From: Microbotryum violaceum
Lineage: Eukaryota
Direction of reading: 5' to 3'
DNA: 64,000 nucleotides
Assembly: GCA_001244265.2 (NCBI GenBank)
Contig: CDLV01000004.1
Span: 3,596,001 to 3,660,000, forward strand
Shown: positions 1-13,038 of the stretch, one piece after another
How positions within the stretch are numbered: position 1 is the stretch's first letter
How the letters are laid out: each line of letters opens with the position of its first letter
Translations under genes and position numbers: made by a program
Notes under the pieces: model-generated
The model's database searches: none
Told to the model about the DNA's origin: nothing
Seen by the model: the letters and a program-made list of their open reading frames with translations, nothing else

Positions 1-973
<973 letters not shown>

Positions 974-1236
974 TTTGGTGAGATGGCTGTGAGCGAGGCT
1001 GTGAGGTGTGTGGGTGGCGAGAAGCCAAAGATCCAAAGCGGGCGGCGATCGGAGCTGACTCCGAGCGCGCTTCGAGAAGACGGGTGGGCCGCCCCCCTGG
1101 GGGTGGCGCGCATGCGCTTAGAGTGGAGTAGGCGAGAGAAATGCCTGTTCGCTTCTGCACCTTATTCGTTTCGCTCGAACGGCAGTGCTCATTGCCTCTA
1201 CACTCGCGAAACTTTTCGACCCTATTATTACCGGCA

Positions 1237-2205
1237 ATGACGACTGCTTCGACCTCAACCAACTACCACGCCGAGCTCTTGTCTACAGAGTCGCCGGCGG
1301 CAACTATCGGTGGCGCCGAGGGCGTGCACGTGGCCCCGCTCTTGCCCCCGATGCAACTTTCCGGCGCCCTAGACACGACGGCGTGTACCACTTACGATGG
1401 CGTCTTGTTCGGCATCTCTGCCGAAATGATCAAGTGGGCGAAGGATCGCAAGGATCCTCCGATGTCGTGTCTGTCACGTCATCAACAAGTCAAGATGAGT
1501 CTGGATTATGATGTGGGTTTCAAGGCGCGGATGGAGGCGGGTCTGGTCTTCGACGGCTGCCTGCCGCGCACGCAGTGGCAAGACGCGCGCTATTCTTACG
1601 TGCTCCTGATAAAGGAAGCGGTCGACCTGATGACGGCCTCGATCATTGTCGGAGGCGCACAGTCGCCTTCGGAGATGTTTGACCGGTACTTCGAGTCGGT
1701 TGCGATGCGGACCTGTGACTTGAATTGGTCCATCATGAGGAAATACGACTTGACGGTTCGTTCTTTGTGGTGGTCGGGGTTCAAGGTCTCGAAGATAAAG
1801 GTTTTCGGACCCTTCGACCAGTCGATCATGGCTCAGGTCTCGGCTGCCCTCAACGTGCCCGCCATGAAGTGGGCTGAGCTCGCGGCCGAGCACCAGTCAT
1901 CGTGGGCCCGGGCGATGGAGCGCCCGGTAGACGATCTCATCGAGGCGCGTGGCCGCATTCAAGCCATGGAGGACGCAACGCTGGGGGGCGAAGATTGGAA
2001 GTCAATTCTTCCTCTCCTCAAACCTGTAGTGGTTGCGCCTGCAGCGGCAGTCGTAACTTCGGTGGTTCCGCTCAGCGCTGTGCCGCGGGCAGCAGCCTGC
2101 ACCAACTATAACGTGAGGGGCTGCGTCCAATCCTACGTTTGTGAACACGCGTATTCTTTCTGTAAAGGCCAGCATGAGGCTTATATCCACGTTGGGTCCG
2201 CATGA
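1237..2205 (+). CDS. Gag-like ORF of the DIRS/Ngaro-type element
   Basis: Open ORF ending in a Cys/His cluster (CTNYNVRGC...C.H....C.G.H) and lying directly upstream of the DIRS-type RT. Start could be 1141 or 1237. Confidence 0.6.
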   Translation: MTTASTSTNYHAELLSTESPAATIGGAEGVHVAPLLPPMQLSGALDTTACTTYDGVLFGISAEMIKWAKDRKDPPMSCLSRHQQVKMSLDYDVGFKARMEAGLVFDGCLPRTQWQDARYSYVLLIKEAVDLMTASIIVGGAQSPSEMFDRYFESVAMRTCDLNWSIMRKYDLTVRSLWWSGFKVSKIKVFGPFDQSIMAQVSAALNVPAMKWAELAAEHQSSWARAMERPVDDLIEARGRIQAMEDATLGGEDWKSILPLLKPVVVAPAAAVVTSVVPLSAVPRAAACTNYNVRGCVQSYVCEHAYSFCKGQHEAYIHVGSA

Positions 2206-2267
2206 CCGAGTTGGCGCGTCTGAATCACCAACCTTGCCCCACTCTCGTGTCGTGCCGTCGCTTCCGC

Positions 2268-2670
2268 CTCACGTCGGTGTACGTGTAGATGCCCGGCCCC
2301 GACGGGCTCTGTGGCCCTTTCCGAGGTCGTTACCTCTCAGGCATCGCGTCGCGCGCCTCCGTTCTCTAATTCAGGGGTCAAATCCCCCACTGATCGCGCT
2401 TTCTCACGTCCGCGTACGTGATGCCCGGTCCGTCGGACCGGATGGGCGTTGCCTCTTCCTGTGCAGCCGAGGGCTGACGTGCTGGATTCGAATCTCTGAT
2501 TCTTGCTCCCAGGTCGAATTTCTCACGTCCGCGTACGTGTAAATGCCCGGTCCCGACGGGCTCTGTGGCCCTTTCTGAGGTCATTACCTCTCATGCATTG
2601 CGTCGAGTGCCTCCTTTCTCTGGTTCAGGGGTCGAATCCCCCACCGTTCGCGCTTCCTCACGTCCGCACG
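2268..2670. repeat. Three diverged ~122-132 bp tandem units between gag and pol
   Basis: Units begin tgcccgg(c/t)cc at 2290, 2422 and 2544 and end ctcacgtccgcgtacgtg. Units 1 and 3 align throughout. Confidence 0.75.
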
Positions 2671-2718
2671 CCCTAAGCGCTGCTCCGGCGGACCCTCCGC
2701 GAACTGCCCATCCACGGG

Positions 2719-4316
2719 GTGGGCAGGGCTCCACTCGAACCTGTCGCGGCCGGCAGCAAAGGAGACGTCCCGTTTGTGTCTTCATTGCCCGTGCTGGGCT
2801 CGTCGCCAGCGCCCGAAACTTCCGCTCGCATGCGAATCATGGCTCGCGAAGTCGACTTGTTCTGTGATGCAATGTACAAGATTGTTACGCCGCTCAATGC
2901 TGGTGCGTTCAAAGCCAACATTAAGGCACTCGCAAAGGTTGTGCACGTCGCGCCGTACCTGGCCGATATACCGAAGCAGATCCGAAAGGGCTTTGATTTT
3001 GGCATCAAGGACCCTCCGTCAGAGTGTCACATCGCGAAGAACACACCGCTTACCGAGGAACAACAACTGGTCATGGACGGCGAGATGGAGCGCTTGCTCG
3101 ATCTTGGGTACATCGCGTGGCCGTACAACAAGGACGAGCTCGAGGCTGTGGTCGGTCCTTTCCGTACAAATCTGATCAGCTATGTGCCAAAGCCAGTAGC
3201 GCCCGGAATGCCGCCGAAGTGGAGACAGATCGAAAATCTGTCTTACCCCAAGGCAAAACTGATCGATCGAACCACACACCCTGTCGAAGCGAATCATCCG
3301 TTGACGAGCGAGCATGGACCGTCGCAACGGAGTGGTTCGTCTAGTCGTCCGAAACTCGTTTCCATTAACGACGACCTGAAGTCTGCGGATTTCCCTTGCC
3401 GTTGGACGACCTTGCCCATGTTGTACCGCAAGTTTTGTGAGCTTCCCTTGACAGCGGAAGTCTGCGGTTGGAATTTTGCTGATGCGTTCTACAAACTCCC
3501 TTTGCGATGGGACCAGTGATTGAGCATGTGCATCTTGTGGCGCGGCTCATCTTTGTATGACAAGTCCCATGCTTCGGTGGCAGGACCACTCCCGGTGTCT
3601 TTGGGAATGTCGCGGACCTGACCCAAGACTTGGTCGAATGGAAGTTCTCCGGCATGTCAATCTTCAAGATGGTTGACAATGTTTGCGCGGTCCGAACGTC
3701 GGATGCCATATTGCAAGAAGCCGTTCTTTGGTTCGTACAATCCCTCGGCTGGCGCCCGGCGGAGCAGAAAGGCTTCACGTGGATGTGTCAGTTTGTCCAT
3801 GTCGGGATCGACTGGGATTTGGATCTAATGACTGCAACGGTCACCGATCAGAAGCGGATGCGCTACATTGACAAGATCAACACCTTGGTGAAAGGTAGCC
3901 ACACCAATCAGAAGGAACGCTCGGCGGTCGAGTCGGTCACTGGGTCGTTGGGATATGTCGCCTACATCCTCCCTGCATTACGGACCCATCTCAACTGTCT
4001 ATACAGGCAGTGTATTGTGTACGGGGACCGGAAGGCGGTTTCGCGAACGCGTCGCCTGGACCGTCGCACGTATGATCAACTCGAGTACTGGAGAAGGTTC
4101 CTCTCGTCGGAAGGCCCATTCTCCACGTCGTTCGAGGCCCTCCCGATCCCATCGAAGCTTGCGTTAGCGTCGGATGCCTGTATGCACGGACTAGGCATCG
4201 TCATCAACGGATACTCCGCGTACTTCGCTCTCCCAGAGGGGTGGACGGATCTGCCACCGCCTCAACACTCGGTCTCTATTATGAACGCGGAGGCGTGGGC
4301 GGTCAAGGCCACGTTG
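2719..4316 (+). pseudogene. RT-RNase H (pol) of the DIRS/Ngaro-type element, disrupted
   Basis: ORFs 2719-3519 and 3630-~4316 are joined through two TGA stops and a frameshift. RT and RNase H motifs as listed for the parent element. Confidence 0.75.
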
Positions 4317-5959
4317 GGTTGGGCCGATCAGGGACTCAAGCAAGGGAGCGAGGCGCTGGTTGTGGGCTTGCGAGATGATGCGCTCGTCCGCATTGATGAG
4401 CGATATGGGGCGTTTGTTCGAAAGCTGATCCCTCTCGCCGCGTTTGTGGATGAGATGGATGTGGGTGGTGTTGCGGGGAAGAGGTCCAGGCTGACTGGCC
4501 TCGGTGGGGATCGAGTTGATGACGTCTCGAAGAATCGGGCCAGTGGCTGGCCACGTAGCGCGATAGAACTCAACCGGGAGGCTGTCAGGCTCTGGCAAAG
4601 AGTTCGACTTACACGCCTCTTGAGCCTTTGTCATCTCCTCCAACGGGTACACTTCCTCAAGCTTGAATGAGTCCGCAGGGAAGAGGCGAGTTGGAGCGAG
4701 GCCGTCGGTGATCACCTTCAGGGCCGCGTCATCGATGGGGCGGTCCTCATAGACCCGCTCAAAGTAGTCGCTGGCCGCTCCAAGCATCGAATCAGGGTCG
4801 GAATGAACAACATCATTGACCGTGAGCGAAGGGATCAGGTCGGATGCTCGCACTTTGCGCAGGCGGATGAAGATGGAAGAGGGACCCGCCAGAGATGGGT
4901 CGAGGCGGGACCGCAGGGCCGCGCCGTAGCGCGAGTGGTCAGCCCTCTCTTGCTCCGACCCGCCACGACGGAACCGAGCGAAAGTCCGGGCCAGAGCCTG
5001 CAGCTTGGGCAGCAGGCGGTGTTTGGTGGACGTCCAAGCTGCTGGTGGATCGTTGGGCGTCTGGAGGAGGGCTTTGCTGTAAAGGGTGCGGACAATGGAG
5101 GTGAGGTACTCGCAGGTCGCGTCACCCTCGATCACGTGCAAACCCAGCTTGAATTTGCCCGGACCGATGTCGATTGCGCCCGGCACTTGGAACCGTGCCA
5201 CAACCATTGAGTGCGTCGATTTGAGGACAGGAGCCCAAATTTTGTGATCATGGAAGAGGTCGACCCAATCAGGCGAGACATAGATGCGGTCAAGGCGACG
5301 GCACGTGCCGGGCGCTGAGCGATTCGTCGTGGCTCGTCCTTTGGGATGATGGAGCCGATAGACGTCGAAAAGATTGTTGGCCGTGGCAAGGTCGCGCATC
5401 TCCTGACCCCCATAATTCGTTCCGTGTTGGTTCTCCGAATCGAGGGGCTGGGACTCAACACAATTCCAGTCCCCCCGACTAGGAGCGCAGGCGGCGAGGG
5501 TTCGTCACGTACAACTTGTCGGAGGGCGGTGCTGAGGTGTGAGAGGAAGCGTTTTTTGTCTGGCTTGTCGGAGGAAGGCGCGTATATTGATACAACCCGG
5601 ACTTTTGAATCACCCACACAAAAGGTGGCGTCGGTGACTCGGTCCGGGAAAGAGAAAGAGGCACGAAGAGTGTTTGGAGGCGACTCGGGATCAAAAGTAA
5701 TGACCACGGAGTCGCTCTTCCAAAGTATGGCAGTGTTGTTGAAAGGAGTGAAAAGAGCGGAGAGCTTTAAGTCTTGGCACTCCTGAGTCCACTGGGCCAC
5801 CATTTCGGGGGAAGGTCGGCCAGTTTCGCTCAGGAGAAAGACGTCGGCGTTATGGGAGCGGAGATTGGAGAAAAGAGAGGCACGCTTACGGTCTTCATTG
5901 ATTGACTGCACGTTGGCAGCAACAACAGACACGTTTGGAATTTTAGTTGTGCTCATCAT
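4308..5959 (-). pseudogene. LINE ORF2 (AP endonuclease plus N-terminal RT), frameshifted near 5470 and cut at ~4308
   Basis: Starts MMSTTKIPNVSVVAANVQSINE at 5959, overlapping the ORF1 stop, and continues in ORF 4191-5399. Confidence 0.85.
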
Positions 5960-7620
5960 CTTGGTCCATAGCGTCTTCCACGTCCTTAGGAGGTGCTTCT
6001 TGGTCTTCGGCTTCTTCGTCGGCCTCGTCGTCGGTGTCGGCGTCATCGGGTCGGGCTTTGGGCGCGGCTGAGGGCAACGGCGTGGGCAAAGACGGCTCGG
6101 GGATCGGCTCGGAGGCTTCGAGGGCAGGCGCAGTGGGAGGGGCTTCACAAGTGGCTGGCTTGGAGAGGGCGGCAATTGACTTGGATTGAGTTATGATCGA
6201 CTTTGGCATGGCCGGAGGAGGGCTTGGGGATGGAGAGGTGGTCTCTGAGCTGGGGGACTCGGAGGAGTTTTCAACGAGGGAGTAGGCAATTCCCTGATTG
6301 GAGGCAGGCTGGGGGCAGGAGGAGTGGCAGTTTTGCAAGGGAAATTGAAGGAGAACTCGGGCGGGCATTCTTCGACAGAGAATCGGGCTGAGCTCTATTG
6401 GACAGATCTTCAGTCTGGGCAGCCAGATCCTGTTCCACTCGACGTTTTTTGGTCGTGCGGTCGTGGGCGGAGGCCGGGGGATCGACTTGGACACGGCGGC
6501 GGGGGCGGCGGTGGTAGCGGTGGAGGCTTGCGGGGCACGTGACGTGGGGTGGGGGCTCGACGCATGACGGGCCGGGCAGTGCTGGGTGGCGTGCGAGGTG
6601 CTCGCGCAGGACTTGCACGCCGGGGCGACGGGGCAATCCTTACGGACGTGAGCCGCGGAACGGCAGAAGACGCAGTGGCGCATGCCACCGGTGATCCTCA
6701 GTGGGATTCGCCCAGTGACACCGTCACGAGCAATAGAAAGTGAGGCAGGGGGCAAAACATCTACATCCTTAAGGGCAAGGATAAAGTTGTACACCCCAAA
6801 TATGTGTTTTGTCTTTCCAATGTATTGGATGCGACGACGGAGGACCGTGCCATAGGCAGCAATCTGCTCATCGAATAGGCAGAGTGTAAGGCGCCGCTCC
6901 GCTTACGCCTCACGACGACCTCGAGCCGACCTCTGCGGCCTCACGCTTGCCCTCGCGCGCGGCGCCGCCGCGTCTCTTGACCTTAGTCCTTTTAGTAGTC
7001 TTTCTTCGCCTGCGAAGTACACCGTTTGATCCTTTCAGTTTGGACTCGGAACCAGTGAGGCTCGAGAGCAATCTCGTGCCTTTCACAGAGGCCCTCGGGT
7101 CGGAGAAAAAGCCCATAAGGGTGCATTGTACAACACCTCCTCTAGTAGAGCTGTACAGCTTCTCGACTTTGCACCGAGTCTTGCCAACAATGAGGCCGTT
7201 GGCCACCAGGGTGTTGAGATCGGCGGCCTTGGGAAAGCGGAGGCCGCGCTGACCCTTGATGACGCATGGCATTGCGCCGGTAAGGCCAGGGTAGTATTTG
7301 TCAAGCGCAAGGAGGACTTGCTCGACCGAGGTTGAGGGTGGGGTGTTGATGATGACACAATTCTCGATGCTGTGCATCAGTGGATGGGCGGCGACGGCAG
7401 TCGAGGCGTTGGCGGTGGCGTTTCCGTGCTTCGCAGCGGAGCGGGCGCCGACCGCGGCGGAGTATGATTTGGTGGTGGTGGCGGGGGCTTGGCCGGGAGG
7501 ATCGGGAGGGTCAGGGCGAAGAGGTGGTATAGCAGCATGGCTGGCGTTGTTGGTGTTGTTGTTGTTGTCCATCCAATAGGAGTTTCCTTTTTCAAGTCGG
7601 CCAAATCGGCATGGGCGCAT
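5943..7620 (-). pseudogene. LINE ORF1 (zinc-knuckle nucleic-acid-binding protein), interrupted by a solo LTR and frameshifts
   Basis: ORFs 6910-7620 and 5943-6794 join once 6885-7085 is removed (with a frameshift). Two CCHC knuckles and an acidic tail. Confidence 0.8.
6885..7085 (+). mobile_element. Solo LTR (201 bp) with 5-bp TSD CAGAG
   Basis: TGTAAGGC...CCTTTCA is flanked by CAGAG at 6880-6884 and 7086-7090. Nearly identical to the LTR at 43745-43944. Confidence 0.95.
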
Positions 7621-7721
7621 GGTCGCGGATCGACACTTTTTTTTTACTAGTTAGGGTAATAGGGTAATGAGCTAAACGTCACTAAAAGTGCGCTTTTGGC
7701 ACTAAATCGCATAACGCGCGA

Positions 7722-10700
7722 GTGGCAAAGTTGCTGATGAAAGTCTACGTGGCATTCCCATCCGATCTCATGGCGATTTTGGTCGCTTCAAGAAAACATC
7801 AACCTGACTCCCCTCAACGTGAAGTCTTGGACAAGTACATCTTCGCATCTCCTCTTGTCCCATATCGAACTCTCGCCGACCTTCGATCTTTCGTTAGAGC
7901 TCGCCCTCAATCGGTCTGGTTTCTCCCGCTCTGCTTTCGCGATCATTGGGCAATGGCACGTGTTGATGTTGGGCAAAGGACATGGATGCTCTTCAACTCG
8001 CTCTCGCATATTCGGATCGACGAGATTACTCGCAACTCGGCACTGGCCTTGTTTGACTACCTCGAGCTGCATATGCTCAACACTGAACCGAAGCAAGGCC
8101 GCATGGCTCAACAGGCTGACGGCTCCTCCTGCGGACCAGCGGCTATCAATGTCGTCGAAACCGAGCTTCTTTTGGTTCCACCTTTTTCGGCCCGTCGCGC
8201 TCATATCGCTCGCATTCGCCAGTTTCACCGACTAGCAACATTCGCAACCAACTCTCAACATCTCACTCATGACTTGCCCGCGCCCATTGCCGGCATAGAC
8301 AGGAACGAGTTGGATGTCGAGGAGATGGCCGAGATCGAGAATGACGAGCAGACATGGTCCGGGATATGCTTCCGCTCAGATTCCGAGACGGACGACGATT
8401 GCACCACGGACGACGAATGCACCACGGACGATGATTGCACCACGGACGACGGAACTCCGAAGTCGGGGAATCAATCACAGCACGACGAGCCAGACTAGCC
8501 AAGGAGCATCTTAAAGACATCGAATACTCGAAGGCTCGCCCCGCAGCATTTGCTGAGTTTAGGGCGAAGGTCAAGCAGCTCTGCCCAGGATCGGACGGGA
8601 AGATCAAGAATTCCAGGACGGTGCAGTGCGGTCGCTGTCGTACGTATCACAAGATGAAGACACGGCACGGCGTCACTCGCTTCATGAAGCATCTCAACAA
8701 AAAGCCTCCGTGCACGAACATGCGCAAGATCGACCACTACTTTGCTGTTTGATCGCCCGCCGAAACGGCTGTCCAGTCGCAAGGCAAAAGCCTTGCCGAT
8801 CCTCCCGCATGTCCCGGCCTAACAGGCAAGCGTGTAGAGGTGTACCTCTCAAAGAGCTCTGCTCGAGGCGGAGGCGCACCCTCTCGGCTAAAACTCATCA
8901 AGAGAAGGTTCCCAAGAATTGGCAAACGTGTATTGACTCGTTCTGAACGCCGTGAGATCAACAATCTGGAAGCGAACGAGTGGATGTGGGTGAACGATCA
9001 TTCAGCACCCCGAGTGAACAGTTTCGACTGTACCAGGATCGGAATGGAGTCGCAATGTGGAACGAAATTGGAGCCTTGCGCCAAATGCAAGGCACTGCTT
9101 CGCACGAAAGCCTTCTCACAGGCGTTACATCGTCCTCGGGCCGTCGGACCCACAATCAAGTTCACGAATAAACGATTGGCTTCCGTCGAGGCTTTGATGT
9201 CAAAGGTTTTCAAGGAACACCAAGGCCTGGAGGAACTCTTGGGGACCAAAGATGGCAAGGTCTATCTTCGTTTCGCTCAAGGTTTAGTTTCCAGCGAGCT
9301 GGCTGGAGCCAACATTCTGAAAGGTATGGCAAAAGTCGCCGTGATCAAGCATAGGCAGGACGCACAAGGCAAGGACATGAGAGGCTATGTGCGAGACGAA
9401 GCTTTGCTTGACTTTGAACACGCGCTGGCTCTGGCATCTCCCACGGCGTTGCGCGTGGTGCAAAAAACTGTTGGCGGGGTCTCAATGCGCACACTTCAGC
9501 AAGTTTCAGACCTGATCTATCCGTCATTCTTTCAAGCTACTGACGGTTCTAAACCTCTCAGACAACATCGAGCAACATTCGAAAAGCCCAGGTTTGGCTT
9601 AGATGAGCCTCACATGCAGCGCATTATCCAAAAGATCCTTTCGGATGGGAAGACCTTTAACCTCCACGTTGACGACACGAAACTGCGACAAGTAATCAGG
9701 ACAACACGGGTTTATTCGAAGGACAAGGAAGCGGAAGCTCGCCTGCGCGGGCAGAAAATCTTCCGTCACGAGCTCGTTGGCATGGTTGGCCCGCCAATCG
9801 TGTATGAAACCACGCAGGAGCTCGAGGGTATCTTTCGGGGCCCGAATCCTCCGATCGCTGGCACCAAGGTCGCGACTATGTCTGCGCGGCGCTTTGATTG
9901 GTTGCTCATTCGCTGGCGTTTCTGTGAATAGGTTCGAGTGTACATGCTTGCACCAAACGACGTCTCTTGCCCAGCCCAATAATTTGCCGCATTCGTGATT
10001 GGTGACTCGCCGAGTTCATCCGAGGCTTCGGATGAACTGGAATCTGTTATTCAATTCCTCGTCAACGCGGGGTCGGCCATCTTCTTGCCTCCATCTCGGC
10101 GGATGGAGCGGCAAGCGAAGGCGTCTTGCAGCGCGTCATGGCAGAGCGACTTGGCGGCGATGAGGGGTATACCGGTGAGGGCCAGCGTCGGCGAGAGCTC
10201 GCACATGTCATTCCACCTCCAGGTCCCGACAAAGTCTTCCCAGCCATTCGACTGGCATCCGTTCAAGTGGGCGACACGCCTACGTGCTTCAATCGGGACG
10301 AAAAGCACCTGAGCAAAAATCTCCGCAGCGCGTGCGATTCAGGCGCCAGGGCAATATACGGCGGCACCGGATGTATCGGATATCGTGACCTGTTGACGCT
10401 GCTCAACGTCGAAGAGTCGGCGAGGACCTTGTATCTACGTGATGTAATTGGACGTGATCGTCAAGATGACAATGCGACGCATCGAGCGTTCTCCGAAGCT
10501 ACTCTCGCGCTTGCTTGCCGACTTTACGAGGACGGCAAATTCGATGCCGATGCCATCGTCTTCCTCTTTCTCTGCGGCGAGCTTCACGACGCGATACATA
10601 ACAGGTCCTTGCAGCCGATTGAACGTATTAAGATGCTATTGACGGTTCGTTATACATTTGAGGGATGGTTGACCTTCGTCCGCAATCGTCCCGGGTACAA

Positions 10701-13038
10701 CGCGCAGTCCTTTATTGCCAAGGAAAACCTGGACGGTGTGCGAAAGGTCGTCGATGCAAACATCGCCCTTATTCGGAGCTACCGCGACTTTTGGCCGGAA
10801 GAAGCGTTCATACCATGGTGACATGGTACGGAGATGGTCGAGCATTTTTTTGGCGGTTTGCGCAAAGTTGTGCAAGACTTGATGCTTTATAATTCCTGCA
10901 GGTAAGTCATCCTTCTTTCATGGCTTCACGTGAGCTACTGCTTGTAAAGCTTATATTTGGGTTTTAAATCGGCAAGCAAAGTTACTGCGCTTCTAGGACT
11001 GATGCGAAAGCTCAAGACAGAGACCGCAGGCTCGCGTCAAGGCTACCATCACATGTATGACAGGCTCGACGATCTCGACCTCGTCGCAATGCGGACTTAT
11101 CCAAGCGATGAAGAGATTCGGTCCACAAGCTTGGTTGCTGCAGGACTTGCAAAAGAGCTTCTTCTTGGTCTTCGAATGTGGGATACCATACAATATCAGA
11201 AGTCCAACCAGCTAGAGGAAGATATACCGGTCAATGGTGGGTGTCGCCCAAGCTTGTGGCTTCGTTTTGAGCAAAGCTGATTGATGTCGCCCCTTCCAGC
11301 TAGTGAACCTTGGCATTTCGAGCCCGAGGACGCTGAGCCGCTGTCGTACCTCGCTGACCTAGATCGGACCCTCAATGGGATCCGCACCAAAATGTGCCAA
11401 AGTCTCGTCGTGCTGGACCCGAAAGAGCGGAAGTCAGTTGAAAATGCTGTTCGCTCTTTAGCTGCTCTTGGCCTTGACAATGATGCTGCACTGTAAGTTG
11501 AGTGCCTTGAGACCTGTACCAGTCTCCCCTGAGCTGATAACTCATCTCGTCCAATTCTAGGCTTGCCGTTCAGCAGGCCTATGACGAGGCCGATGCTCAA
11601 GCAGAGGAACGCTTCCTGCTCGACACCATTGTGACAGCAAATGAAAGCTTGCCGGGTGATGTAGGTTCATTTAAGCAGCAGTTGTTCTCGTGTAGCAACA
11701 CTAAACGGAACCAGCATTCTTTCACAGGCTCAAATTATTCGGCTCCCAGCCCTTCTGCGTCACGACTCTCGTCAGCTTGTGCTTGATCTGAAAAGCGTAA
11801 TCCAGCACCGTCGGGCCCATCAATGTGCCCACCTCAGAGCTGTCCTACTCAAGGGAAGGCACGGCGCCACCACCTCGACTGCCCAAGATTCCGATCCCAC
11901 ATCAAAAGCAAATTGTCCGAGCACGGTGAAGTGCACTCCAGTGTCCTCCGAGGCTTAGTGCAATCAATGGGTGCAGCCCGTCTCGAAGCCCTGTCAGGAG
12001 TCGCGAGGTCCATTCGCTGGACAGGACAAGGGACCTTCAGTCGCTTTTCGACCGCAAACGAGACGGACAATATAGAATACATCGAAGACGGACGTAAAGA
12101 AGTGAGCTTCAATTGTGTGCTCTGCACATATGGCCCGGAGAGTGCTCATCAATAATGTTCATTCTTGCCCAGGTACGGATGCGATTGCGAGCAAGGCAAT
12201 ACACGGTATTCGCCAAGATCCCAATGTTTGGGTCGATCGACCGAAACATTGGGATCTCGGCTGAAAATCGGCTCTCTTGTCTACTTTGGATTGAAACGAG
12301 GCATCACACCTGTCAGTTGTGACGCCAGCAACATAGGAGAACAACTGTCGATTGGACTTGGTTCGTACATCTCACTGTAGCTAGCTTACTACTTCGCAGA
12401 GTGAATGACATCGATCTTGCCTTTCGGAGTACGTTACATGTATGCCAAGGCCACGTCAAATCATTGTGATAGAGCGGAGACCGACTCCCTAGCATTACTC
12501 TCGAATGTCGTCCTCCAAGAATTGCGAGTTGTCAGCAAGGGCCGTTATTCAACGCGATTGACGGCATGACTCGGTTCTTTGGACTCGATGCTCGACAAAT
12601 CATTCAATCCTTGGAATCATCCTCGACGCCCGCGCTCACTCTCGCACCACTGGATTCAGTTGCATACCTCGGGGAGCGTGTCTTGAGTAATCAAATGAAG
12701 GGCGTGAAAGATGTAGGGTCAAAAAGGAAGGCAGCAGGTGCAGGTGAGGAGCCCTCGGCAAAGCAGAACCGAACCGGCTGACACGCGCGCGGGCTCGCGC
12801 GGGCTCGGTCGGTTCGGCTCAGGCGAAAAACGTCCAGACGGCGTTTTCGCGATTTTTGGAGATGTTTTTGAGCATTTGAAGCAATTTTAGAGCTATTTTT
12901 TGAGGCGCGTAGATGGACTGGACATTTTGGGCACCTTTTTGGCCGAAAAATCCAAAAATTGGTGGACAAATAAGGTCCAAAATCCCGGATTTTGGCGGAT
13001 TTTACCTACGCGCCTCAGGCTGGGCTTTCGGGGGTCCT
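7722..13038 (+). mobile_element. Ulp1-protease / P-element-like DDE transposon, copy A (left end lost, right TIR intact, ORF decayed)
   Basis: Ulp1/C48 motifs (DHWAM, FNSL, QQADGSSCG), a CxxC..H..C finger, then LHVDDTK, SADGA (frameshifted), RDEKHL, DRQDD and PW*HGTEMVEHFFG. Introns at 9499-9561, 9869-9931 and from 10902. Ends ...CAGGCTGGGCTTTCGGGGGTCCT at 13038. Confidence 0.75.
8390..8450 (+). repeat. 18-bp coding tandem repeat (DDDCTT x3) in the acidic linker after the protease domain
   Basis: ggacgacgattgcaccac / ggacgacgaatgcaccac / ggacgatgattgcaccac. Confidence 0.85.

Larger units (their letters stand above)
1141..4316 (+). mobile_element. DIRS/Ngaro-type (tyrosine-recombinase class) retrotransposon remnant, 3'-truncated before any recombinase
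   Basis: Gag-like ORF followed by a degenerate RT (GFDFG, KWRQIENLSYP, SINDD, PCFGGRTTPGVF, MVDN in place of YxDD) and a DIRS-type RNase H (LASDAC.GLG, IMNAEAWAV). Contains stops and a frameshift near 3519-3560. Left boundary is approximate. Confidence 0.75.
4308..7720 (-). mobile_element. Non-LTR retrotransposon (L1/Tad-like LINE): ORF1 plus APE endonuclease and the start of RT, 3'-truncated
   Basis: ORF1 has two CCHC knuckles (CVFCRSAAHVRKDC, CKSCASTSHATQHC). ORF2 has APE motifs (ANVQSIN, LLSET, SIYAP, RLDRIY, STH) and RT domain 0-2 motifs (PEPDSLPVEFY, KRPISLIN, LIGPTQRG). Confidence 0.9.

Noticed and set aside
3630-4670. Single 346-aa RT/RNase H protein with a novel C-terminus
   Set aside because: After ~4316 the frame simply reads the antisense strand of the LINE RT.
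7650-7670. Telomere-like TTAGGG
   Set aside because: Only one exact unit plus one variant, inside the LINE 5' region.
7722-8498. Host Ulp1/SENP SUMO protease gene
   Set aside because: It is continuous with the transposase, repeated in a second TE copy, and linked to the family's terminal repeat.
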